From: Terrimicrobiaceae bacterium
GTDB lineage: Bacteria; Verrucomicrobiota; Verrucomicrobiia; Chthoniobacterales; Terrimicrobiaceae
Direction of reading: 5' to 3'
Assembly: GCA_041752695.1 (NCBI GenBank)
Contig: JBGSVZ010000076.1
Span: 1 to 13,886 of the forward strand
Length of the DNA stretch: 13,886 nucleotides
In this document: positions 6,767 through 13,886 of the stretch, piece by piece
Position numbering within the stretch: position 1 is the first letter of the stretch
Layout of the letters: each line of letters starts with the position of its first letter
Translations under genes and position numbers: made by a program
The notes under the pieces: generated by a model
What the model saw: only the letters and a program-made list of their open reading frames with translations
Told to the model about the DNA's origin: nothing
Database searches by the model: none

Positions 6767-7657
6767 ATGGCGAATTTCATTGGCCTGATCTCGAACTGCC
6801 TCGCTCGTGGTAACCAGACGATAGAGGTGGGTGGTGAAACCATAACTCGAACATTCTCGTTTTCGGTTGATGGCTTTGAAATTACCCTGCTGCCGCATCC
6901 GGAAATCGCGGAACTTCAGAACACCTCATCCGTTTCGGGAAAAAATCTTGTCACCTCGCGGTTGCTCATTCGGGATGTCGAGCCAGCCAACCTGCCTGGC
7001 ATTCTGGAATGTATTCCGCTCGTTTGTGAGCTATTGTCTTTCGCTCTCACATCAAGGATTGGTTTTTGCGGATACGATTGTGCCGTGGTTAATCCCGCCC
7101 AAGTGCGGTATTCCACGCTTGGAAGCATCCAATCGTTTCGGCCGCCGTTTTCTTGGATGAATGGTAATTCCATAAAAGTTTTCCTGGAGACGTGCTACGA
7201 CAACTACAAGGCCCTGCGAACGCCAAGGTTGCTCAATATCGCGACTGATCTTCTTAACCACGCCGAGCTTCCGATGGCAATCGAGGTTCATTTGACCGTT
7301 CTTTCCGTCGTGTTGGAGAACCTCAAACACACCTTTGCGCTGCATGATGGATACCCGTTCATCGAAGGAGGTTTTCGGGAAAAGCATATTGTCGCGGCTC
7401 CTCTTGGCCGACCAATATCTTTTCGCCGCCTCCTGACGGAAATGTTAGGCGTACACGGTATGACTCCCGCTCTCGGCCCCATCAAAGATCTGCGGAACGA
7501 GATCATCCACACAGGCTTTAGCGCATTATCCTTTCAACAGAAATGGGCGAAGCAGGAAGAAATCACCACGATCATTCGCGAGTATATTCTACGTTTGGTC
7601 GGCTACCATGGAGCATTTTTTCCCTACGACACGAACGGACCTCGGATCATTCCCTAG
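6767..7657 (+). CDS. HEPN-domain protein, Apea-like (296 aa); putative RNase
   Basis: C-terminal helical domain with VVLENL and the RxxxxH motif RNEIIH (7493-7510) in LRNEIIHTG. The N-terminal part (CELLSFAL) resembles the ApeA-type N-terminal domain layout. Confidence 0.72.
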   Translation: MANFIGLISNCLARGNQTIEVGGETITRTFSFSVDGFEITLLPHPEIAELQNTSSVSGKNLVTSRLLIRDVEPANLPGILECIPLVCELLSFALTSRIGFCGYDCAVVNPAQVRYSTLGSIQSFRPPFSWMNGNSIKVFLETCYDNYKALRTPRLLNIATDLLNHAELPMAIEVHLTVLSVVLENLKHTFALHDGYPFIEGGFREKHIVAAPLGRPISFRRLLTEMLGVHGMTPALGPIKDLRNEIIHTGFSALSFQQKWAKQEEITTIIREYILRLVGYHGAFFPYDTNGPRIIP

Positions 7658-7666
7658 CGAACAATC

Positions 7667-8299
7667 CTAAAGCGGCATCTCGGTGTATTTGAAGTCCTGC
7701 ACGACAAGTGGCAGACGCCCGTTGCCAAGGAGGTCGGGGTTGCGGATGAAGAGGAATTCGATCTGGAATTTCGCCGGTTCACGGAATTCCATGGCCTTGA
7801 CCGTGCCGGTGCGGATGAGGTTTCCTTCGGCCCGTACGCTGACGGCCTCGTAGGATTTCCCGTCGCCGTCGTTGATCTTGCGGGTATCGAGGATGTCGAT
7901 TTTGGTTACTTCGACCTTCTGGTGGATCTGCTTCTCCTTGAATTCCGGGTTTTGCGCTTTGTAGATGGTGGCAGCTTTTTTTCTCGCGGGTTCTTCGAGG
8001 TAAATTCGCTTTAGGAGGTCCGGTAAATCCGGCCCCACCGGGTTCCGTTGCAGCAGAGCCAGGCAGGCAAGCCTCACATGGTAGGCATGAAGATTTCCCG
8101 CCTCCTCAAAGCCGAGGAGCGGCGCATAAATGAGCGTCCCGCCCGGATCGAGAATGACGACCTTTTCCTTCTGCTTCATGGCGGCAATGGTCAGGTACGG
8201 TGCGGCGACGGCCAATCCACAGGCGATGATGGCGAGGGCCATCCAGAAGCGGGCTGCGATGACGTTGTTTGTGATGGAGGTGATGGCGGATAGTTTCAT
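7667..8299 (-). CDS. VirB8-like T4SS inner-membrane protein (210 aa)
   Basis: Single N-terminal TM helix, KVVILDPGGT, an NTF2-like helix/strand pattern and C-terminal RNP...N..PLVVQDFKY. Lies directly after virB6. Confidence 0.68.
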   Translation of the reverse strand: MKLSAITSITNNVIAARFWMALAIIACGLAVAAPYLTIAAMKQKEKVVILDPGGTLIYAPLLGFEEAGNLHAYHVRLACLALLQRNPVGPDLPDLLKRIYLEEPARKKAATIYKAQNPEFKEKQIHQKVEVTKIDILDTRKINDGDGKSYEAVSVRAEGNLIRTGTVKAMEFREPAKFQIEFLFIRNPDLLGNGRLPLVVQDFKYTEMPL

Positions 8300-8305
8300 G
8301 GGAAA

Positions 8306-9502
8306 TCAGGCGTTGCGATTGGCTAGCGGCGAATCCTGGGGCAGCGGCTGGGCCTTGCTCGCGTGGGAATTGAAGGCGGCTTGGGCGGTGTGTGGCGTGG
8401 CAATGCTGCCTTTGTGGTGGGAAACGGTGCCGGTGTTCTGGTCCACCACGGCGAAGGCATTGGAGGTGGTTTGATGGGCGACCATGCCGGGGTTATCGGG
8501 ATTGGTGACGGAATCACCTCCCGAGGGGGTCGGCGGCGGAGGCGGCACATCGCCACCCATTGAGCCGGAAAATTCCCCGGCGAGTCGGCCTGCTGCGCCA
8601 GCAGTTCCCGCAATTGTCTGCCCTCCGGCCATAGCGCCTTGAACGGCAGCGCTCCCGCCCAGAGTGGCCGCCGCTCCCGCGGCACTGACACCAGCGCCAA
8701 TGGCCAGCCCTGCGGCCTGCATCGTTCCTTGGATACCCGCCTGCAACGCGGCGGTGGTGCCGCTGAGTCCCTTCATGATCGCTCCAGCCACAAACGGAAC
8801 CGAGAGGTAAAAGAAGACCGTGATCACGGAGGCAAATGCCATGATGAACGGGAAAAGTAGCCAGTTCTGAACAACGATCAGGTTTTGCGCCGTCTGGACG
8901 ATTCCCCCCGTGGTGATTGGCGCATAAAGCAAATCGCTGATGGCCACGATGACGATGTCCACCAGGCAAATCGCCACATGCCAGAGCAGCACTGTCAAAG
9001 ACGTGACACAGAACTGGATGCCGAGGGATTGCGTGTAGGAAAAAAAGAGGAACCCCAGCAAAATGGGTGAAACCGCGATCAATCCGGCGATCGCGAAGTT
9101 CTGAAAAAATGTCAACACCACCAACATGAACCGCCCGATTCCTTGGAAAAACATGCCGATGGCAGCGGGCACAACCTTGCCGAGATCCGTCCACGAGTCC
9201 GACGGCTGATTCTCAATCCGGGATCGGAGAAGCTGGACAAACTTGGCATCGCGAGCGTTGGTGAACTTGCCGCGCATCTCCACAAAGGCTTTTTGGCCGT
9301 TGTCCATGGCTGACGGAAACCCGGCGAGTAACCCGACAATGAGGATGACTTTCAGGAGCGCGCCGAGAATGGCGCGTGTGTCGGATCCGGCCCGCCAGCC
9401 CATTTCGCCGATGCCGATAATACAAAGGACAAACGCGAAGGGCATCAGGAGCAGCCGGATTTCCAAAGCGGCGCTGAAGAGATTGGAAAGAGAAGTCGTC
9501 AT
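8306..9502 (-). CDS. virB6: VirB6/TrbL-family polytopic membrane protein (398 aa)
   Basis: Multiple TM segments, IAVSPILLGF and YLSVPFVAGAI motifs, and the Gly/Ala-rich C-terminal tail typical of TrbL/VirB6. Confidence 0.78.
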   Translation of the reverse strand: MTTSLSNLFSAALEIRLLLMPFAFVLCIIGIGEMGWRAGSDTRAILGALLKVILIVGLLAGFPSAMDNGQKAFVEMRGKFTNARDAKFVQLLRSRIENQPSDSWTDLGKVVPAAIGMFFQGIGRFMLVVLTFFQNFAIAGLIAVSPILLGFLFFSYTQSLGIQFCVTSLTVLLWHVAICLVDIVIVAISDLLYAPITTGGIVQTAQNLIVVQNWLLFPFIMAFASVITVFFYLSVPFVAGAIMKGLSGTTAALQAGIQGTMQAAGLAIGAGVSAAGAAATLGGSAAVQGAMAGGQTIAGTAGAAGRLAGEFSGSMGGDVPPPPPTPSGGDSVTNPDNPGMVAHQTTSNAFAVVDQNTGTVSHHKGSIATPHTAQAAFNSHASKAQPLPQDSPLANRNA

Positions 9503-9520
9503 GGTTTGAAGGAGCGAAGG

Positions 9521-10402
9521 CTAGAAGCCGGGCGGCACGTCTCCGTTCGGCGCGGAAAAATCGGGCATCTCCAATTCCGCCTCGGCTTCTGCGGCCATGC
9601 GGGCCATTTCGCGATTGCGGTCGCGGCTGATTTCCTCTGCGGCCACCTCTTCGGCCTGGGCGCGGTTGCCGTTCAGAGTGTGGATCAATTCCACCTGTCC
9701 CCGTGCCGTATCGACCATGCTGTCGAGGTCTTCGAGTGCTGTCTGTGCCGTGGACAACGAACCGGCCAGTTTCTGCACCTCGGCGTCGTCCTGGGCTCCC
9801 TTCAACTGCGTATTGAGTCGGGCAATCTGGCGGTTGAGCACCTTGCGTTTGTTCTGGGCACGACCCAGAAGAATCTCGAAACGGGAAAAGGCGTTATCGA
9901 CAGCGCGGAATCGTTTCAGCGGATCGTCGGAATCGCGAAAGGATGCAATGCCGTCAAAACTCCGCGTGGTGTCGAGTGCCAGATTTTTCCACGAGTCCAG
10001 ATTGATTGGCTCGAAAAGTTCCTGCACCGTGGCGGAAATTTCCGCGCCTTCCTGCGCGATGCCGGCCAATTCGCCCAGCGTATCCGCGATGCCGGAGTCC
10101 TCCAGATACCCGGAGAATACGCCGTTATCAATCAGAGCGATGGCCGCCACCGGATCGCCAATAGCCTGTTTGACCATATTGGCGGTTTCCAGGTGCTCGC
10201 GCACGGTGGTCAGCGTGTTGTGAAGCGTGGCGAGTTTTTCCGCCCACTTGGCCTGCTCCCACGTGTATTTGAGAATATCGAAAACGTTCTTTTGATCCTG
10301 GCGGGCTTCGACGCCTGGAGCGGCAACGACGATCTGCGCGTGAATGACGGGGGTGGAAACCGCGGTGATCGCGGCAGTGACAATGACAATGGGCTTTTTC
10401 AT
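9521..10402 (-). CDS. VirB5/TrbJ-like secreted helical protein (293 aa)
   Basis: Signal peptide ending IHA-Q, long amphipathic helices and AQDDAEVQKL. Lies directly before virB6, as trbJ-trbL or virB5-virB6 do. Confidence 0.62.
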   Translation of the reverse strand: MKKPIVIVTAAITAVSTPVIHAQIVVAAPGVEARQDQKNVFDILKYTWEQAKWAEKLATLHNTLTTVREHLETANMVKQAIGDPVAAIALIDNGVFSGYLEDSGIADTLGELAGIAQEGAEISATVQELFEPINLDSWKNLALDTTRSFDGIASFRDSDDPLKRFRAVDNAFSRFEILLGRAQNKRKVLNRQIARLNTQLKGAQDDAEVQKLAGSLSTAQTALEDLDSMVDTARGQVELIHTLNGNRAQAEEVAAEEISRDRNREMARMAAEAEAELEMPDFSAPNGDVPPGF

Positions 10403-10430
10403 GGCGATGGTATTGGGATGGAAGGAAGGG

Positions 10431-10724
10431 TTACTGAACGACTGGGATGGTGATTTCGTAGGGAACCGTCTTCACCGTGGCGGAGGGGTCGGGCGTGATC
10501 GGAATGCGGTAGAGCGACACCCGCCGCTCGGGCTTGGTTTCGGAGCGCTTCTGCATGTCCTGCAATATCCAGTATTGCCGCTTCACAGTGTCGGATGCGC
10601 CGCGCTCATACCCCTTCTGGAATTGCGAACGCGAGGCGCACGCGGGAAAGAAGCACGTTACGACGACGGCCAGGCACACGGGTTTTATTTTCCTAAAAGC
10701 AAAGAAACGATGGATGGTCTTCAT
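10431..10724 (-). CDS. Small putative lipoprotein of the T4SS cluster (97 aa)
   Basis: Basic N-terminus and hydrophobic stretch ending FPA-C (atypical lipobox). ATG 10724 is 7 nt after the virB4 stop. Confidence 0.6.
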   Translation of the reverse strand: MKTIHRFFAFRKIKPVCLAVVVTCFFPACASRSQFQKGYERGASDTVKRQYWILQDMQKRSETKPERRVSLYRIPITPDPSATVKTVPYEITIPVVQ

Positions 10725-10731
10725 GGGAGAG

Positions 10732-13434
10732 TTAGGGTTGGGACGAAACGGAATCGGCAGATTCAGCGAGAATCCCGCTGACAATGTCGGGGTGGTTGCC
10801 GAGCAGACGGCTCCGGTTGTCGAAATCTTCCCCTGTCGAGGAAGAGCAGAAGAGCATTTCAGGAGAGACCCGGTTGTGGATTGTCCCGCAAAGGGGCTCC
10901 TGAACGTCGAGGTGGTAGTACGTCAGGGCGGCGTATTTGTTGGAATCCGGCAAATGCTCCGGCAGCGGATACCGGGAGATCGCCTCCTTGGTCGTCTCGG
11001 ACAAATCAATATCCTTCGCCACGTCCTCGATGTCGCGGCGGTCGTTCATCCGGGTGAAAAAGAACTGCTTGGCGTTGCCGAAGACGATGGGGCGAATGCC
11101 CGAGCGTTGGAACCGGCTGTATTGCTGGACGATGGAGATGATCCAGGTGGAGAACTTGGAGAGCTGGGCGTAGAACTCGGATACGAGCTGCTCGCCGCCC
11201 GGAATATCCAGCGTTCTGGCAACCTCCTCGAAGATCACCCGTTTCCGTTTGCCTCGCGGAAGCGTGATAATGTGCTGGCGCCCATAGTTGGCGATGAGGA
11301 ACCCAGCCAATTCCTTCAACTGCCGATTGGACTCGGGAATGTAGGTCAGATCAAAATGTGCGATCTTTCCGGTAATGGACAGGGTGGAGTGCCCGCAAAC
11401 GAGGCGTTGCTCATTCCACGGTGCCAGCAGGGTGGCAAGGTGATTGATCTCATCCCGGTCGTGTTCCGGAAAGGGAGCCACCAGCATCATTTGCTGGAGC
11501 ATGTCGTGAGTCGGATAATCCTCCGCTCCGAAGAACGCGAACGCCGCGTTGCGAACATACCGCTCGGTGTCGGGAGACTGGATAAACCGGGAAACTTCCT
11601 CGGCGGTTGGCGCTGCAATCAGCCTTTCCCGTTCCAGGGGCGCAGCCGTATGACGCAATTCCGCCCATGCCTCTACGAAAGTCGCCGAAATCGGCATGTG
11701 AGCCTTCTTGTAAGCCAGCGTGGCAAGCGCATGGCGCGCCACGACATCAAGGCGCGAAGCGTCTTCGCCAATCCACTCGTCAAAACGATCGGTGTAGAGC
11801 TGCTCGATATACTGAGTGATTTGAGCGATGCGCAGATTCCGCCGGTCTTCGTCAGCGGGATGTCCGGCCATCTTGGCCACCAGCGCGGCGGCGGTGGTGA
11901 TTTGCAGATTGGTCAGCGGCGCACCCTGGGTATCGAGATAGTTCAGGCACAGGTCGCCGTCCGGCTGAATGACAATGGGCGTGTGCCCCTGGGCCTGCGT
12001 CCAGATGCCATAGGACAAGCCTTCCTCGACAATGAGCGTGAAATCGTAATAGGGGTCGGTCTGCGAAAGCAGATCCGACATGAAGGCGGATTTTCCGGCC
12101 CGGGTCATGCCGAGCAAGACGGCGAGTTGGGGTGTGCCGGAAAGGAAGTTACGAACTCCGATCAAATTGCGATTGCTGCCATCATAGAGCGCTTCCGCAC
12201 CGTTGAGATGCCCGGTGAAGGTGGAAGAAAACGGCAGAATGTCGGCAAGCCATTCGTCCAGCCCATTGTCAGCGTGGTGGGTGTATTTCCCCCAGAGCCA
12301 CCCCGGCCAGGTCTGGAACCAGATGTTTTTGGTAGTGGCCGCCGAAGAAAGGTTGCTCGTCCAGCATTGAGCGTCCTCCATCTGGCCGAATGCCGTTTCA
12401 ATCTGGCGAGTTTTGGAAATCAGACCGTCCTCGCTCGAATCCCAAACGTGAACGACATAATCGTACAAGAAGGGAACGACATCCCCCTGGGCCAGATTGC
12501 GGATGCGATCTTCCTTAACAGCCTTTGAAGTGAGCAGGGAGTGTTTGCCCTCGGCTGCATAGTCACCCCTCACCCGCTCCAGGGAGCGTTCTGCCTTGGA
12601 AATCTCCCTCCGAACATTCTGCGGGTAGAGATTAACCGTAATGGCGTAGTCAAGGAACGGCAACGAAGTCAGCGCCCAGAAAATTCCGCGGCGAGTTCGC
12701 TGCGGACGCCGTTTCAGAATTATCAGGTTGTGGTAAAACCCGTCGGCAAAGAACCCGAAGGTCTTTCCCGCCTGCACTCCCTGATGCCAGCAGTTTTGAT
12801 GGATGGATTCCTCCTCCCGGAACTGTCCGATGGGATCGTAATTATCGCGGCGGAGATACGAGGGATTAAAGAACGTGGAATAGTAGCGGAACAAATCCGC
12901 CGTGGACATGGGGGAAACCCGGCAGCCATGAGGTTCCAGCAATGAGGAAATGACGCGCCCGTGCTGATCGAACCCTTCGCCGTACTGTGCCAGAATCCGT
13001 TTATAGTGCTCCTGCAATATCTCTGGATTTCCGCCTGCCGGTGGATTGACACCGATGGGCTTGGAGAGAAAAAGGACGAGTTTTTCCCGGCGTAACTTGC
13101 CGTCCTGCATCGCCCGCCAATACCGATTGAACCGCTCATGGCGAGAGATGCTCGCCCAAGAATCAGGCTCGCACCGATCTTCTGTCACCTTATTGTAGGC
13201 CAGCAATTCATCGCGATAATTGGAATCCACCGACCAGCGGATTTGCGCGCGGGTGGATTCGTCCAGCGTGTGCAGGAATTGCCGAATCGAGCCATAGAAT
13301 TGATCCAGCGCATGCTCGCTGGCATGCCGGAAATCGGGCACGTCGAGAACAAAGCCTTTGGAAACAAAACCGCGTTTATCGAGGTCGTTCCAGACGATGA
13401 GATTTTCAGTGAACCAACCGTTGGGTGCTTGCAT
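10732..13434 (-). CDS. virB4: VirB4-family T4SS ATPase (900 aa)
   Basis: Walker A GMTRAGKS (12088-12111), Walker-B-like VIFEEV (11221-11238) and the downstream KFSTWIISIVQQY motif. Size and position after a virB3-like gene fit VirB4. Confidence 0.9.
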   Translation of the reverse strand: MQAPNGWFTENLIVWNDLDKRGFVSKGFVLDVPDFRHASEHALDQFYGSIRQFLHTLDESTRAQIRWSVDSNYRDELLAYNKVTEDRCEPDSWASISRHERFNRYWRAMQDGKLRREKLVLFLSKPIGVNPPAGGNPEILQEHYKRILAQYGEGFDQHGRVISSLLEPHGCRVSPMSTADLFRYYSTFFNPSYLRRDNYDPIGQFREEESIHQNCWHQGVQAGKTFGFFADGFYHNLIILKRRPQRTRRGIFWALTSLPFLDYAITVNLYPQNVRREISKAERSLERVRGDYAAEGKHSLLTSKAVKEDRIRNLAQGDVVPFLYDYVVHVWDSSEDGLISKTRQIETAFGQMEDAQCWTSNLSSAATTKNIWFQTWPGWLWGKYTHHADNGLDEWLADILPFSSTFTGHLNGAEALYDGSNRNLIGVRNFLSGTPQLAVLLGMTRAGKSAFMSDLLSQTDPYYDFTLIVEEGLSYGIWTQAQGHTPIVIQPDGDLCLNYLDTQGAPLTNLQITTAAALVAKMAGHPADEDRRNLRIAQITQYIEQLYTDRFDEWIGEDASRLDVVARHALATLAYKKAHMPISATFVEAWAELRHTAAPLERERLIAAPTAEEVSRFIQSPDTERYVRNAAFAFFGAEDYPTHDMLQQMMLVAPFPEHDRDEINHLATLLAPWNEQRLVCGHSTLSITGKIAHFDLTYIPESNRQLKELAGFLIANYGRQHIITLPRGKRKRVIFEEVARTLDIPGGEQLVSEFYAQLSKFSTWIISIVQQYSRFQRSGIRPIVFGNAKQFFFTRMNDRRDIEDVAKDIDLSETTKEAISRYPLPEHLPDSNKYAALTYYHLDVQEPLCGTIHNRVSPEMLFCSSSTGEDFDNRSRLLGNHPDIVSGILAESADSVSSQP

Positions 13435-13748
13435 CAGGAAAAAGAGGATTGCGAGGTTGACGTTTAAGGGGCATCCAGCCGAAACCGGCGGCTTGAGTTT
13501 CTAGCCAGTCGGAGTCGAATGCCTTTGGCTTGCCTTGGCGAAATGCGAAGACGTAGAACGCAACGAGGATAAACGGCGTCCCGCCTGCGCCGAAGCTGAG
13601 CGTCGGCGCGTGGTGGCGGGAAAGCAGAAGGGCAAGTCCGACGCTGAGGAGGAGTGCCGCGAGCAGAAAAAGGATATTCATGCCCTCGATGCCCCAGATC
13701 TTGCCGTCGCTGTCATCTCCGGCATTCGTATGGATAATGCCTCTGCTC
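13406..13748 (-). pseudogene. VirB3-like two-TM protein, 5' end interrupted by IS3 insertion (a shortened 91-aa form from ATG 13681 remains possible)
   Basis: Two TM helices, overlapping the virB4 start. The frame stays open upstream of ATG 13681 (SRGIIHTNAGDDSDGKIWGIEG-MNIL) to the IS end at 13749 with no ATG/GTG/TTG start. Confidence 0.6.
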
Positions 13749-13886
13749 TGAGGTGGACCCCAAAAATCGGACCAGTGGTTAAGCTATAGATTTTGCGGGA
13801 ATCGGGAGGGAGGGATACAAGGAAAAAGCCGATGAAAGGAAAACGCAGAAGACACGAGCCGGAGTTCAAAGCCCGAGTGGCGCTGG
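13749..13886 (+). mobile_element. IS3-family insertion sequence, left end (truncated by window)
   Basis: Begins TGAGGTGGACCCCAAAAATCGGACCA, a 5'-TG terminus of IS3 inverted-repeat type, followed by an OrfA start. Confidence 0.82.
13832..13886 (+). CDS. IS3-family transposase OrfA, N-terminus (partial)
   Basis: Manual translation gives MKGKRRRHEPEFKARVAL, the typical IS3 OrfA HTH start (KRR..S.EFKA.VAL). AAGGA lies upstream. Not in the ORF track. Confidence 0.85.
   Translation, partial: MKGKRRRHEPEFKARVAL

Larger units (their letters stand above)
2083..13748 (-). mobile_element. Conjugative element (ICE or plasmid) mating-pair-formation module
   Basis: Co-oriented, tightly spaced or coupled virB3/4/5/6/8/9/10-like genes plus an excisionase-like gene. 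Element boundaries are not visible. Confidence 0.8.

Noticed and set aside
9506..10453. 315-aa and 208-aa plus-strand ORFs
   Set aside because: Antisense shadows of the virB5/trbJ-like gene.
10534..12528. 664-aa plus-strand ORF
   Set aside because: Almost entirely antisense to virB4 with no recognisable motifs. It is the expected shadow of a GC-rich gene.
13678..13869. 63-aa minus-strand ORF at the right end
   Set aside because: It spans the IS3 end and flanking DNA in a different frame from virB3, so it is a junction artefact.
1..13886. CRISPR array, tRNA/rRNA, integron attC sites, att-site direct repeats
   Set aside because: I saw no regularly spaced repeats, RNA-gene signatures, repeated cassette-boundary sites or duplications flanking the cargo modules by eye.

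Overview
The window is mostly a minus-strand conjugation (type IV secretion, T4SS) gene cluster, probably from an integrative conjugative element or a conjugative plasmid. Read right to left, the order is virB3-like, virB4, small lipoprotein, virB5/trbJ-like, virB6, virB8-like, virB9/traK-like, virB10, TraV-like lipoprotein, ribbon-helix-helix-like protein, a 119-aa hypothetical and an excisionase-like HTH. The 5' end of the virB3-like gene is interrupted by the left end of an IS3-family element at the window edge. Two plus-strand cargo modules run against this backbone. One is a hipBA-type toxin-antitoxin pair with a symmetric operator region. The other is an AT-richer two-gene cassette (degenerate HNH/Zn-finger protein plus an Apea-like HEPN protein) between virB8 and virB9, the best candidate here for an undescribed defence system. 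The first ~160 bp fold into a multi-branch structure containing a G-quadruplex motif. No relaxase, coupling protein, VirB11 or integrase is visible. The Shine-Dalgarno-poor, A/C-rich leaders and the protein types suggest a Verrucomicrobia-like host (inference only). All family calls come from motif recognition by eye, not database searches.
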